Assembly (NCBI GenBank): GCA_047601445.1
Contig: JASGJH010000001.1
Location: forward strand, 8,000,001 to 8,064,000
DNA from: Myxococcales bacterium
GTDB taxonomy: Bacteria; Myxococcota_A; Polyangia; Polyangiales; DASUME01
Direction: 5' to 3'
Length of the DNA stretch: 64,000 bases
Below, in pieces: positions 30,808 through 41,273 of the stretch (positions within the stretch are counted from its first letter, which is position 1; each line of letters starts with the position of its first letter). Under the pieces are notes generated by a model. The model was given only the letters and a program-made list of their open reading frames with translations. It ran no database searches and was not told where the DNA came from. Made by a program: the position numbers and the translations under genes.

Positions 30808-31253
30808 CACTTCCCCTTCTTGCCCATGAACTGCGACAGCAGGCCGAGGACCTGACCCCCGTCCATGCCGCCCTGCTTTTTGTCGTTGGCGGACTCGTCG
30901 TGTGTGGGGTCGACCTGGTTCTTGCCGCCGAGCATGCCCGTGATGCCGCTCGCTGCGCCGCCCGTGTAGAAGCTCGCGATCGTCGAGGCGATGCGCTTCA
31001 CACCGTCCGCGCCGTGATCCTTGGCCTCGGTGGCCGTGCCCGCCTGCGCACCGGTTCCCACCTGAACGGGTGACGCGGGCTGCGCGTACATCGGCACGCG
31101 CTCCGTGTCGGTGGCTTGCGCGGGCGCTGGCGCTTGCACGGGTGCAGCCTGTACCTGCGGGGCCTCGGGCTGCTGGTAGCGCTGCTGCACACCCTGCACG
31201 AGCTGAGGGTTCTGCCGCATCCAGTCCGCATTCGACAACGTGGTAATCGCCAT
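30807..31253 (-). CDS. Small internal virion/ejection protein
   Basis: 148 aa, Gln/Ala/Gly-rich with an IASTIASFYTGG segment; position in the block. Confidence 0.6.
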   Translation of the reverse strand: MAITTLSNADWMRQNPQLVQGVQQRYQQPEAPQVQAAPVQAPAPAQATDTERVPMYAQPASPVQVGTGAQAGTATEAKDHGADGVKRIASTIASFYTGGAASGITGMLGGKNQVDPTHDESANDKKQGGMDGGQVLGLLSQFMGKKGK

Positions 31254-31262
31254 GGCCTACCC

Positions 31263-32240
31263 TCAGCGCTGGTTGAACTTGGACATGAAATACCACTTGT
31301 CGTTGTACTTGTTTCGCGCGTCCACCTGGCGCTGGTCCTCGTTCTTCTGGTTGGCGCCGAGCTGCGCGCCCTCGAGCCCGGTCAGCGCGCCGAGATACTC
31401 CTGCTGCTGGCTGAGGCCCGTCTGGGTCTGCAGGTTCGCAGCGTTCTGGCGGATGGTGGCCCGGTTGGTGTCGATGCCAGCGCCTTGCTCGTTGTTCGCG
31501 CGGGCCTCCGACACGAACTGACCTTGCCGGCCCGAGTACTGGCCCGCGGCTTCCTGGTCCTGGGCACCCACGTTGCTGCGGATGGTGGCCGCATCCACGC
31601 GCGCCTCGCGCTGCTGCTGCGCAAGCTCGTTCGCCTCCTGAGCGCGGGTCACCTCGGCCTGAGCCGCTGCGTCCGCGTTCGCCTGGGTCGAGCTCGCGAG
31701 GGCTTGGCGCAGGCCGGCAGCGCCGCCCGAGGAACCGAGCGCCAGCGCCGCGTTGGTGTTGCGGTCCTGGTTGAGTCGGAACTGCCGGTCGGACGTCTGC
31801 TTATAGGTGTCGGGCAGGGTGTCCGCATCAGTCTCGAGCTTGTTGGCCGCGCCGAGCACCGCACCACGGCCCGCTCGGTAGTCGGTCATGGAGCTGTCAA
31901 AACCGCGGCCGGCCTCGTCCCCTCGCTCCAGGTTCCGGTTGAGCATGTAGTCGCTCGCCACCGAGCGCGCATTCAGACCGGCCGAGGCCTCGTCCGTGGC
32001 GTCGTTGGCGCGCGTGATGCCGGCATCGACGTTGCCCTGTCCGCCCGTGATTCCTTTTTGGAACTGCGAGCGGTACGCGTCGCCCTGCTCCTTCGAGCCG
32101 CCATAGTATTGGGCGATCGGAGAGAGGGTCTTCTTGTCCTTCGCCGAGCCGCCGAGGATGCGGCCCATGAAGGGGTCAACCTTGCCCCACTTCTCGCCGA
32201 GCTTGCCAGCAGCACCCTTCAATCGGTCGCCGAACGCCAT
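31263..32240 (-). CDS. Internal virion/DNA pilot-like protein
   Basis: Gly/Ala/Gln-rich helical protein directly after the nozzle gene. Confidence 0.6.
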   Translation of the reverse strand: MAFGDRLKGAAGKLGEKWGKVDPFMGRILGGSAKDKKTLSPIAQYYGGSKEQGDAYRSQFQKGITGGQGNVDAGITRANDATDEASAGLNARSVASDYMLNRNLERGDEAGRGFDSSMTDYRAGRGAVLGAANKLETDADTLPDTYKQTSDRQFRLNQDRNTNAALALGSSGGAAGLRQALASSTQANADAAAQAEVTRAQEANELAQQQREARVDAATIRSNVGAQDQEAAGQYSGRQGQFVSEARANNEQGAGIDTNRATIRQNAANLQTQTGLSQQQEYLGALTGLEGAQLGANQKNEDQRQVDARNKYNDKWYFMSKFNQR

Positions 32241-32275
32241 ACCGGTGCGCGGCCACAAGAGAAAAGGCCTTGGTG

Positions 32276-35200
32276 CTACCTAGCCGCGGACTGGTAGACC
32301 GCGTCGGCTTTGGTGCCGCTCTTCTGGCTGTAAACGAGCGTAATCGCGTAGGGCCGCACGCAGTCTCCCGAGCCGTTGAGGCTCAGGTACACGGAAACGG
32401 CGCGCATCGATACCGTGCCCTTGGGCCCCATGGCAAGCGTGTAACGGCCGTTGGCCATCTTGCTCGCGTTCGCAATTTGGGCGAACGCGTAGGACTCGAT
32501 CCGGTCGAGCGCGTTGGCGAAGTCCTGGCCGATCCCGAAGTCCAACGTGTGGTCCGACAGGCGCTTGCAGGACACGAGCACCTTTTGCAGGGCGCAGTCG
32601 GCTTCCTCCATCGTGCCGCCCAGGATGATGTCACCCGTGAGGAACGTCATGGGCGCACCGGTCACGCTGTCGGGGTCCATTGTGGCGATGCCCAGGTTCT
32701 CGCGCAGGAACTGGAAGAGCCCGCTGACCGGATCCAGACACGCGCCCTTTGCGCCCGTGGTGACCTCGGGCCCCCAGCAGGTGAACTTGCGCTCTCCGTA
32801 GTTGAATACCGCGTGCAGCGTCTCCTTGACCCCATCGGTCCGATAGGAGTCGTACAGCCACACGACCTCCTTGGTGTCCGGCAGGCTGATCGCGGTGTAC
32901 GAGGCACCGTCGTAGGTCTCGAAATCGTCGAGAATGCCCGTTCCGAGCTCGCCGCCGAGCGTGGCGAAACGCGTGCCCGACTGAAACAGGATGCCCATGG
33001 GCGTGCGCACCACGGCCGTGCGCGAGGAGCACGGAATGTCGCTGATCTGCTGCGGGTCGTTGAACGAGCCTCCCGCGAACGAGGCATCGGGGCCACCGCC
33101 CGTGACTTCCCAGGTGCCGCGCTCGGTCAGCACAGCGAGCACACCGCCAAGCTCCTCGAGCGTGGCGCGCTTGCCGGCGCTGGCAGGGATGGCCTTGACC
33201 TGCAGCGAGGAGAACTCGAATCCGTAGCCGTCCTCCTTGGGCTTGGAGTACCAAAGGATACCGCGCGCATCGATCCCCCACGCGCGGTTTCCCACGATGG
33301 CCACGTCCTGGAAGCTCGGCGGGCACTGCGCCCCGAGCGGCAGGCTGGCCGAGCCGGTGGTGTAAATGGCCGTGTCAATGACAGGCTCGCCGATGTTGCC
33401 GAACACGGCCATGGTCGACTGCACCGAGTCGGGAACCCACGAACTCTGTTGATAGAACGGGCTGGTGCCTCCCTGCAGCGTTGCAAACACGGTGATCCGC
33501 GCCGTCTCCTGCCGCACGCCATTGCGCATCGAAGCGGGCAGCGACACGAACACCTTAGGCTTCTGCCCGCCCGCGACCGTGAGCGAAATGGCGGCCGCAG
33601 GGTAGGACCGGCGCACGTTGCCGGCGCAGTCGCCCCACATGATCACGGCGCTGATCAAGTACGTGCCTGCGGTCCAGCCTACGCCGGTGCCGGTGTTGGC
33701 CTCGGCGAAAACCTGCGGGCGCTGTGTCGGAATGACCTCAGCCACTTCCACGCCGTCCCAGTAGACTGGCCCGCCAGATAGCAACGAAACCCCGGTGTCG
33801 TCCTTCACCGAGGTGATTGGCTCCGTGGGGCTCATCACCACATAGCGGCCAACCACGCCGCCGTTCGTAGTTCCAGTCTTGAACTTGTTGAGCTCCTGGT
33901 AGGTGAACCAGATCCGCCCGTCTGGGCCCTGGGTCAGGCTCGCCCACGAAAAGGACGCTCCTACGAGGAACGCCTGGTCGACGCCGAACCGGCCCACGAG
34001 CGCAACCGAGTCGCGCGAGCACGCTCGGAACACCTCGGCATAAGGGTCGCCGGCGCCTGCAATGGCCGAGGCCGATCCCTGCAGGCCGAACAGCGGCACA
34101 ACCATCGTGCCCGTCCGGTCCCACCCGCCGCATGACATGAGCTGCTTGAAGGGCAGCCAGAACGGCGTGGCCGCAGCGCCCGTGATCAGGTCGAGGAACG
34201 TGAACACGGTTCCGACCTGGCGGGTCGGCGGCGCCACGCCGCTCGAGTTGTTGCGCGCCGAGGACGCCGCCACCACGTGGTTACCCACGATCGGGTGAAA
34301 CATCATGCTCACAGCAACGGGCCCATCGTGCTGTGTGTCGACGGTCTGCAGCGCAAACACCGGGGTCAGCGCGAGCCCCTCGAGCAGCTGCGACTTGGCC
34401 ACACCGGAGCCGCCACCGCTGGTGTTGCTGCCCACGCAGATAGCCACGAGCTCGTCGGTGCCATAGGTGATGTGCTTGATCGCGACCGCATGCGGGAGCG
34501 CCCCGAGCGCCTGCGTGGTCGAGAGCTGCGCCCAGGTGCCGATGGTCACCCGAGACACGGTGAAGCTGTTCGCCGCACCCGAGGCCTGCGTGATCAGCCA
34601 CGCATATTGCGCGTGCCGGTCACTGTGGACAGCGAAAGCTGGATAGCTGTTGTTCGTGAACACCACGGCAGGGGTGCCCACGGTGACGGTCATGGTGGCC
34701 GTGTTGAGCGTGAGCTGCACGGCGCTGACCGCGTTGCCGCTCGAGTTCCACCAGACTACCGCGTTCGAGCCCGCGTGGCAGGTGATGGAACCCCAGGGCG
34801 TTCCGAGCCCGGTAGCCGTGATGGTGCTGTCTGCGACCGGCGTGGGCGGCACAGCCACCGAGCCGTCAGGCGCCAGCACCGTAATCATGGCCTTCGAGCC
34901 GCTCGGCACGATGCCCAACGAGCGCATCTGCAGGATCCAGGTGTAGCCGTTGGCGTCCACCTCGAGCGCGGGTGCGCCAGCCGCAGCACCGTAACCGCCA
35001 GGTGCAGGCGCATCGATCTGGGGCCAGTAGTGCGCGTAGCTGTTCTGTGGGTTCGCTGGGGAAATGGTGGACGGAACCAGAGTGGACTTCGCCGTGTTGC
35101 CGCGGAGCAGCTCGTTACGCTTGCGGGCCACCAGCAGGGTGTTGCCTCGGCCGCTCGGCACGAGGCCTTGCCGCTGCTCGTCGGTGGCGCCGATCCAGGC

Positions 35201-35365
35201 AGTGACCATGGGCGCTTTGGTGGGCACGCCCTGCACGCGGCCGAGTCGCGTGTTGCGGCTCAGCTGCAGCGCAGGGGACGGCCCGAACGGCTGCACCCGG
35301 GACTCGCTCGTGTTGCGCATGCCCAGGTCGAGAGGGATCGTGGGGATATTGGGTCCGGTCGCCAT
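32276..35365 (-). CDS. Tail nozzle/hub (P22 gp10 / T7 gp12-like)
   Basis: 1029 aa, beta-rich; GNRAW...LWYSKP, VRTPMGILFQS beta-propeller-like segments; follows the adaptor. Confidence 0.7.
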   Translation of the reverse strand: MATGPNIPTIPLDLGMRNTSESRVQPFGPSPALQLSRNTRLGRVQGVPTKAPMVTAWIGATDEQRQGLVPSGRGNTLLVARKRNELLRGNTAKSTLVPSTISPANPQNSYAHYWPQIDAPAPGGYGAAAGAPALEVDANGYTWILQMRSLGIVPSGSKAMITVLAPDGSVAVPPTPVADSTITATGLGTPWGSITCHAGSNAVVWWNSSGNAVSAVQLTLNTATMTVTVGTPAVVFTNNSYPAFAVHSDRHAQYAWLITQASGAANSFTVSRVTIGTWAQLSTTQALGALPHAVAIKHITYGTDELVAICVGSNTSGGGSGVAKSQLLEGLALTPVFALQTVDTQHDGPVAVSMMFHPIVGNHVVAASSARNNSSGVAPPTRQVGTVFTFLDLITGAAATPFWLPFKQLMSCGGWDRTGTMVVPLFGLQGSASAIAGAGDPYAEVFRACSRDSVALVGRFGVDQAFLVGASFSWASLTQGPDGRIWFTYQELNKFKTGTTNGGVVGRYVVMSPTEPITSVKDDTGVSLLSGGPVYWDGVEVAEVIPTQRPQVFAEANTGTGVGWTAGTYLISAVIMWGDCAGNVRRSYPAAAISLTVAGGQKPKVFVSLPASMRNGVRQETARITVFATLQGGTSPFYQQSSWVPDSVQSTMAVFGNIGEPVIDTAIYTTGSASLPLGAQCPPSFQDVAIVGNRAWGIDARGILWYSKPKEDGYGFEFSSLQVKAIPASAGKRATLEELGGVLAVLTERGTWEVTGGGPDASFAGGSFNDPQQISDIPCSSRTAVVRTPMGILFQSGTRFATLGGELGTGILDDFETYDGASYTAISLPDTKEVVWLYDSYRTDGVKETLHAVFNYGERKFTCWGPEVTTGAKGACLDPVSGLFQFLRENLGIATMDPDSVTGAPMTFLTGDIILGGTMEEADCALQKVLVSCKRLSDHTLDFGIGQDFANALDRIESYAFAQIANASKMANGRYTLAMGPKGTVSMRAVSVYLSLNGSGDCVRPYAITLVYSQKSGTKADAVYQSAAR

Positions 35366-35758
35366 TCAGAACACCCATGCGTCGATGACAAGGTTCGTCG
35401 GTGCGGTCAGCGAAATAAAGCCGAACACCTGGCTCGGGTCGCGGTTGGCTACCACCACTTGAGCCGGCCCGTAGACGGCGAACGCGGTGGCGTTGGTCCA
35501 GGTCTGACCGATGGGGATCACGCCCTTGAACGCGCGCCCGAGGCCGTGCGGAAAGAAGTTGGGGTTGGTGGTGCCATCCATGCGGCACCCCGTGATCAGC
35601 TTCCCCTGCAGCAGGTCGAGCTTGGCGATCTCCGTGGCGAACTCGGCCACCGACTGGGAGAACTTGAGCAGGTTCCCTATCACGCGCAGCGCGTCGTTCA
35701 GGTCCTGCAGCTTGGAGGTGCGAACGCCCGCCGTGCCCCACTTCAGCCAGCGCAGCAT
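35366..35758 (-). CDS. Hypothetical virion protein
   Basis: MLRWLKW...HGLGR...DAWVF; TGATG-coupled to the adaptor gene. Confidence 0.6.
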   Translation of the reverse strand: MLRWLKWGTAGVRTSKLQDLNDALRVIGNLLKFSQSVAEFATEIAKLDLLQGKLITGCRMDGTTNPNFFPHGLGRAFKGVIPIGQTWTNATAFAVYGPAQVVVANRDPSQVFGFISLTAPTNLVIDAWVF

Positions 35759-36492
35759 CAGCCCCTCCAGTAGCGCTTGCCGCCGAACAGCTGGTTCGCG
35801 TCGACCATGCCGCCGCGTACGTCGCGGATGGTCTCGATGCCGAACTTGTCGCGGCTCTTCTTGAGTCGCTTTCGGATAGCCGCGTCTTCCTTCTCGAGCA
35901 GCGCAATGAAGCTCGCGGGGCTCACGGCCTCGCCTTCCTTCTGCTGCGCCAAGCGCACCATGATGCAGGTGTAAAACACCACCCACTGGTCCCAGCTGTC
36001 CTGCATCACCACGAAATCGCTGGCCGTGGTGACGTAGATGCCCGTTGTGTAGTGCAGCTTGAGGTTGTAGGCGGCCTGGGGCGTCGGGTAGAGCTCGACC
36101 GTGTTCGCGCCCATCACGCGGTACTTGGGGACGGTAAACGTGTCCCAGCTCGACGAGGAAGCCACCGGGGAGGCGAGCCAGTTGTCGACGTCGGCCCACT
36201 CGAGCGGAGTCTCCTCGGTGGCCGTCCGCAGCCACGAAATCCGCATGAGGTCGCTGAAACCCGTGGGCAGCGACACCACGGAAAGCCCGGGCGTCGTTGC
36301 GACCAAGCCGAACGTGGTGAGAAGCTGCTGATCGCTGTACTCCTTGATGATTCCACCGAGCTGCGTGAGCGCCGCGCGCACCAGGTCGAGGATGATCGCG
36401 GGAGTGAACAGCGTGTTCGCCGTGTACGGCTCGAGGCCGCACAGCACTCGGACACGTTCCTGCAGCGTGCTGACCTGGACCTGTTGGCTCAA
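35758..36492 (-). CDS. Head-tail adaptor protein
   Basis: VSTLQERVR..., VSLPTGF, VELYPTP pattern; position after capsid genes. Confidence 0.7.
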   Translation of the reverse strand: MSQQVQVSTLQERVRVLCGLEPYTANTLFTPAIILDLVRAALTQLGGIIKEYSDQQLLTTFGLVATTPGLSVVSLPTGFSDLMRISWLRTATEETPLEWADVDNWLASPVASSSSWDTFTVPKYRVMGANTVELYPTPQAAYNLKLHYTTGIYVTTASDFVVMQDSWDQWVVFYTCIMVRLAQQKEGEAVSPASFIALLEKEDAAIRKRLKKSRDKFGIETIRDVRGGMVDANQLFGGKRYWRG

Positions 36493-36518
36493 TGGGACCT
36501 CAGCAGGTGAGCGGGGAC

Positions 36519-36546
36519 AAAAGAAAAGGCCGGGTTGCCCCGGCCC
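36519..36546 (-). terminator. Intrinsic terminator after capsid genes
   Basis: Minus strand GGCCGGG-GCAA-CCCGGCC then TTTTCTTTT. Confidence 0.85.
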
Positions 36547-36575
36547 TTCCTAGGTCATCTCAACGCAGCGCCTGC

Positions 36576-36782
36576 CTATTCCTCATCATCACCCGAGCCC
36601 ATGGCGGGCTCGTCCTTGTCGTCGAGGATCATGCAAAGCGCTTCGTAGAAGTCGTCGAAGTTGCCCTTCTGGAGAGCCTTGAACATGGCTTTCGCCTGAG
36701 TCTTCCGGCTGTCCCCGCTGCCTTCCTCGTCCTTGGGCTTGGCGACCAAAAGCCCGATTGCGCCTTCCTTGTCCATGGGCAT
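36576..36782 (-). CDS. Small acidic phage protein
   Basis: 68 aa, TGATG-coupled to the upstream gene. Confidence 0.55.
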   Translation of the reverse strand: MPMDKEGAIGLLVAKPKDEEGSGDSRKTQAKAMFKALQKGNFDDFYEALCMILDDKDEPAMGSGDDEE

Positions 36783-37141
36783 CACAGCCGGCTCGAGCGC
36801 ATGTCGCACTCGAAGTCGATTCGCATGCCCGTGGTATCGGCCGGCGTCGAGCCGCCCGCATTGACCACCTGCAGCACCACGGTACCGGTGCCCGGGGTGT
36901 TGGACTTCACGAACACCCGCTGTGCGTCCGTGGTGAACAGCACGGAGCGGATGCAGAAGTTCAGGAAGTCGGCGAAGTCCTCGAACACGATCGTGATTTC
37001 ACCCACGTTCGTGCGCGTGATCGACTTGACGCCATCCTGTTGATTGACGGTTACCGCGCCAGCGCCTGCAGTCGTGAAACTGCCCTGGGCGTCGGCTTGG
37101 TTTGGCGCCTTCGTGCGCCTGATTCGGCTATTCGCTCCCAT
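36782..37141 (-). CDS. Putative capsid decoration/minor virion protein
   Basis: 119 aa, beta-rich (VKSITRTNVGEITIVF), directly after the capsid gene. Confidence 0.5.
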   Translation of the reverse strand: MGANSRIRRTKAPNQADAQGSFTTAGAGAVTVNQQDGVKSITRTNVGEITIVFEDFADFLNFCIRSVLFTTDAQRVFVKSNTPGTGTVVLQVVNAGGSTPADTTGMRIDFECDMRSSRL

Positions 37142-37175
37142 GTTGCTCTACCTCAGTTCAAGCGGGTTGGGTGGA

Positions 37176-38411
37176 TCAGCCGACCAGGGTGGGCATCTCG
37201 ATGCGCTGCAGACGGGTGGGGGTGAAGATCCACCCGCCGTCGTGCGCGATCTTCTGCATCACGTAGTTGCCCTGGGGGTCGTCGAACGCGTCCGTGGCGT
37301 ACGGACGGCTCTGGCCCAGGGAGAGCTCGGCCGCGTCGGGACCGACCACCCAGCTCGTGTTGAGCGGGCAGTGGCGCGACTCGGTCAGGGTGTTGCCGCG
37401 ATACTTGAGCTTCCGGATACCCATTTCGGTGTCCGACACGTCCGCGTCGAACATCTTGAGGGACTCGAGGAGCTCCTCGTAGGCAGCCCACTGGATCGGG
37501 TGCATGAAGGCCGCGCCGCCTTCCTTCCACAGGTTCGGAAGGTCGGTCTTCGCCTGCGCGCGAGCGCGGACGAACACGGCCTGGCGCGGCACGCCGGAGC
37601 TCGCGATGAAGCGAGACCCGCCCATGGCGTTGATGTTCAGCGTGCGGTCCACGTTCATGAACAGCGTGGCGCTCACGACGAGCGGGTTCCAGCCGTTGAG
37701 GCCGGTCATGATGTTCTCGGCGCCGTTGTTGGACGCGATGCCGTAGTGGTACAGGCTCATGCCCGGGGTACCGATGCCGGTGATCTGAGAGGTGACCGTG
37801 CCGTTCACCGTGAGCACACCGGTGGTGGTGTTCACTCCGATGACGCGGGCGGTGCCCGCGGGGTCCACGACGCCGTTGTAGGCGATGGGGGTACCGCTCA
37901 CCAGCGCGGAGCCGGGCGTCGCCGAGGCGCCGATCAGCTGGCCGATGCTGAAGTACTGCGCCTGGTAGGGCGCAATGGTGATGGTGCTGCCGGAAGCGGC
38001 GAGCACGGTGGCACGGGCGCCGGTGCCGTCACCGAAGCCCAGGAGCTCGATCTCCTGGTAGAGCTTCTGGGTGCCATCGAGCACGCACTTCTTGGCGTAG
38101 TCGATAAACTTGGCATCGCCCTTGGAGTTGCGCAGAACCTTCGACTCGAACTTGATGTGTCCGATCATCGTGCACTGCGGCACCTTGAACTTCTTGCCCT
38201 GCACGCTGGTGTGCTGGAGCACCGCGTTCGCGGCGGTGGACGCGACGCCACCACCCAGGATGGCATCGATCGGGATTTCCTTGTCGGAGCCCTGGAAATC
38301 GTAGGTCTTCTTGGCGTAGTCGCTCAGCGGCGCCTCGAAGAACAGCTCCTTTTCCTTGTACTTCCCGTAGATCTGCCGGGTCAGGTACTGAATCTCAGCA
38401 GTAGTAGTCAT
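37176..38411 (-). CDS. Major capsid protein
   Basis: 411 aa after portal and scaffold; LLGFGDGTG, IMTGL, FMNVDRT segments. Confidence 0.75.
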   Translation of the reverse strand: MTTTAEIQYLTRQIYGKYKEKELFFEAPLSDYAKKTYDFQGSDKEIPIDAILGGGVASTAANAVLQHTSVQGKKFKVPQCTMIGHIKFESKVLRNSKGDAKFIDYAKKCVLDGTQKLYQEIELLGFGDGTGARATVLAASGSTITIAPYQAQYFSIGQLIGASATPGSALVSGTPIAYNGVVDPAGTARVIGVNTTTGVLTVNGTVTSQITGIGTPGMSLYHYGIASNNGAENIMTGLNGWNPLVVSATLFMNVDRTLNINAMGGSRFIASSGVPRQAVFVRARAQAKTDLPNLWKEGGAAFMHPIQWAAYEELLESLKMFDADVSDTEMGIRKLKYRGNTLTESRHCPLNTSWVVGPDAAELSLGQSRPYATDAFDDPQGNYVMQKIAHDGGWIFTPTRLQRIEMPTLVG

Positions 38412-38420
38412 GGCGAATCC

Positions 38421-39422
38421 TCATGCGGCGCCCCGGCGTTGCCGGAACTCGGCTAGCCCTCGTGCGAGCTCCTCGTTCTCGGTCTGCGCATCAGACGGAT
38501 CACGAGACACCACTTCGGGCTGGTTTAGAGGCTTCGGAACGCTGGCCGTGCCCGTGCTGCTGGTCGGGCTCTTCTGCTGATTCGGGGCGCCTAGCACCTT
38601 CATCCAAAGATCTCGCACAAGTGGATTGGCCACGAGCTTGCGCACGGTCTTCTCGACGCTCACCAGCGCCTCGAGGCCGCGCTGGCTCTGTCCCTCGAGC
38701 TTTTCGGCCACCTCGTGCAGGTCGGGCACCTTGCCGCCGTTGGCCTTCATCTCCGCATAGACCTCGTCGAGGAACCAGCCCATGCCGTCGTCGGTGGTGT
38801 CGAGGAATGCGAACTTTGCGTCGTTCTCCGTGAGGAACTCCTTGATCACCACGAGGTCCTCGGTGCGCTGCTGCTTCTGCTTGCTGGCAACCTCCGCTTC
38901 GGCCTCGGTCTGCCGCCGCTTGCGTGCCCACAGGATGTCCTCGCGCATGTCCTCGGGCAGGTCAGCGAGCGGGTCGCGGTCGAGCGTGCCCTTCTCGGCG
39001 CGCTGGAAGAGCTGCTCGATGGTCAGGCCGGTTTCCTCCATGGCGACTTTGATAAAGTCCTTGCGAATGGCGGCCTTGATCGTGGCGAGCTCGTCCTTCG
39101 CGGCCTTCTCGAACGCCTTGATCTGCACGTTCTCGGTGGTCAGGCGCTTCACGTCGCGCTGCGCTCGAGCAAGGTGCAACTCGGCCTTGTCGTCCTTCGG
39201 CTCCGGCTTTGGCTCGGGCTTCTCTTCAGCGGCCGGCTGGTCCTTAGGCTTCTCTGCTTCGCCCTTGGCGGCGTCGCCCACCGGCGCTTCCGACGTCTGC
39301 TCACCTTCCCCCAGAAGCTCGCTGTACTTCGCCACGATCTCCGGGTCATCGGCTGGGGCGTTGCCCATCTTGATCTCGGAGTCGTCGGTGGTCGCGGTTT
39401 CGGGGTTGGTGTTGATGGTCAT
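38421..39422 (-). CDS. Capsid scaffolding protein
   Basis: Acidic, Pro-rich N-terminus, coiled coil, basic C-terminal tip; between portal and capsid. Confidence 0.7.
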   Translation of the reverse strand: MTINTNPETATTDDSEIKMGNAPADDPEIVAKYSELLGEGEQTSEAPVGDAAKGEAEKPKDQPAAEEKPEPKPEPKDDKAELHLARAQRDVKRLTTENVQIKAFEKAAKDELATIKAAIRKDFIKVAMEETGLTIEQLFQRAEKGTLDRDPLADLPEDMREDILWARKRRQTEAEAEVASKQKQQRTEDLVVIKEFLTENDAKFAFLDTTDDGMGWFLDEVYAEMKANGGKVPDLHEVAEKLEGQSQRGLEALVSVEKTVRKLVANPLVRDLWMKVLGAPNQQKSPTSSTGTASVPKPLNQPEVVSRDPSDAQTENEELARGLAEFRQRRGAA

Positions 39423-39431
39423 TGGGCTCCC

Positions 39432-41273
39432 TCAGATGGCTGCTGGTGCACCGCCGGCTGCACCAAGTTGTTGCGGCGGAACGACGTCAGTGGGCTGTGG
39501 CTGTGTCTCGGGGACAGACGGCGCGATCACATCGCAATAGGCGATGTACCTGCGGAACGCGTCCTGAACCTCGAGCGGGGCTTCGCTGCGGTAGGCGATG
39601 AGGTATGCGTTCGTGACCGTGCGCTTGGCCTCGGCCAGGTAGGGCACCTGGAACGTGATCGGCATGGCGCCCTCGCCCCGGCGCAGCTTCTCGATCTGGA
39701 ACTGCACCATGTCTTCCTGCGCGGTCTCGAGCTGCGACCAGGCGGGCAGGTCCGGCACGCCGATCAGGGACATGGCCTGCGACTTGGTCATGACGCCCTG
39801 CGCCGAGAGCTCCTCGACTGCCTCGATTTGGGCCTCGGGGCTGTGCGCCATGGCGTTGATACCGAACACAGACAGGCTCACGTCACCCTCGGTGACAGCC
39901 AGGTCAGCCCACTTCGAGCTGCGAAGGAACGTGGTCCGGCCCTCGCGCGAGCGGCCACCCACCTCGTAACCCGGCGTGAGCTTAAGGCAGTCGTCGTTCA
40001 GGTCCTCGAGCAGACGGAACAGGCGCTCCTGGAACTTCTCGAAGCGGTGGATCATGGGCACGTGACGCTGACTCGTGACGTCGTGCGCCGCGCGCACGGC
40101 CTTCGCCGAGTTGAGCCCCTTCTGTGGGAGCTCGCCGCCCGTCGTGCCCTGGCTGAACCCTTCCTGGTCGAGCAGGTCCTGCCAGATTCGCTGCTGCTGG
40201 GCGATCAAGTCCTGCGGGCTGCCGGACCACAGCACCGCCTCGGGCTTGACGTTGCCGTCATACACGATGCGCAAGCCGGGCATGTTGCTGATCTTCGACA
40301 CCTCGACGTCGGAGTCCGCGTGCACCAGGAACACGAGGTTCGAGCCCAGGTCCTCGCAACGGTCGATGATGGCCTGCAGCTGCCAGTAGCGAATCTGGGC
40401 CGAGAGCGCGCGCTCCACGTAGCCCTGTCCCCAGTAACCGAACGGGCGGTCGAACAGGTTGAAGTGGATGATTGGGAAGCGGTCGCGAATCCACGGCTGC
40501 TTCTCGAGCAGCGCGTTGTCCAGCGTGCGCACCCACATGCCGTCCTCGGCTTTGCCGCCGCTCGGCAGGTGGCAGGCCTCCACGATGGTCACCAGGTCGA
40601 CCTCGGAATCCTTGCGCAGCATGTACGTGTCGTAGTCGTCGAGGTCCGGGCCCTTGGCGTCCTTGATCTTCTGCTTGAGCTTCGGGTACTGCCGCGCCAG
40701 GTAGTCGCGCGGAACGAAGTACTTGTGGGTCTGCGTCCTCGGGTTTGCGCCCTCGGCTTGGTCCACGAACGTGCTGTTCGGAAGCACGTTGACTAGCTTG
40801 GGCGTGCCCGTGTTCGGGTCGATGTACCCTCGGATGCCGCCCGAGCCCGTGCGCGCAGCGTCGTACCAGGACTTTTCCGTGAGCTGGAACATGCCCAGCG
40901 ACTGCGCCTGCCAGAACAGGCAGTCGGCCCGGTCCTCGGCGCGGTTGCGCTGCGTGTAGTCCGCCTTCGTGGCGGTGTACATGGGCAGCGTGCGCACGCC
41001 CGCGCAGCGGGAGGCCGCCGTGTCGATGAGCGCGCCCACCAGGTTCTTGCGAATGCGCATGCCGAGCAGGCGGAACTGGTTGATCTCCGAGCCCATCGCG
41101 CCCGAGCCGTCGGCGTTGCCGTTGGTGGCGATGGAAACGAAAAGCAGATTGTCCGCGCGCATGTCCGAGGACTGCTCCTCGAGCGCCGTCTGGCGCGCCC
41201 AGACGCGGGCCGGGATGTCTGCGGCGTCGCAATCCCAGAATGGCTCGAAGCTGGTCTTATTGTCCGACGGCAT
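39432..41273 (-). CDS. Portal protein
   Basis: 613 aa, NLVGALIDT, YWGQGYVE, GLNSAKAVR, Pro/Gln-rich tail; first large head gene. Confidence 0.75.
   Translation of the reverse strand: MPSDNKTSFEPFWDCDAADIPARVWARQTALEEQSSDMRADNLLFVSIATNGNADGSGAMGSEINQFRLLGMRIRKNLVGALIDTAASRCAGVRTLPMYTATKADYTQRNRAEDRADCLFWQAQSLGMFQLTEKSWYDAARTGSGGIRGYIDPNTGTPKLVNVLPNSTFVDQAEGANPRTQTHKYFVPRDYLARQYPKLKQKIKDAKGPDLDDYDTYMLRKDSEVDLVTIVEACHLPSGGKAEDGMWVRTLDNALLEKQPWIRDRFPIIHFNLFDRPFGYWGQGYVERALSAQIRYWQLQAIIDRCEDLGSNLVFLVHADSDVEVSKISNMPGLRIVYDGNVKPEAVLWSGSPQDLIAQQQRIWQDLLDQEGFSQGTTGGELPQKGLNSAKAVRAAHDVTSQRHVPMIHRFEKFQERLFRLLEDLNDDCLKLTPGYEVGGRSREGRTTFLRSSKWADLAVTEGDVSLSVFGINAMAHSPEAQIEAVEELSAQGVMTKSQAMSLIGVPDLPAWSQLETAQEDMVQFQIEKLRRGEGAMPITFQVPYLAEAKRTVTNAYLIAYRSEAPLEVQDAFRRYIAYCDVIAPSVPETQPQPTDVVPPQQLGAAGGAPAAI

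Noticed and set aside
27307..30855. 1182-aa + strand ORF (and similar long ORFs at 38715-40796 and 21578-23128)
   Set aside because: Antisense to well-supported, tightly coupled virion genes
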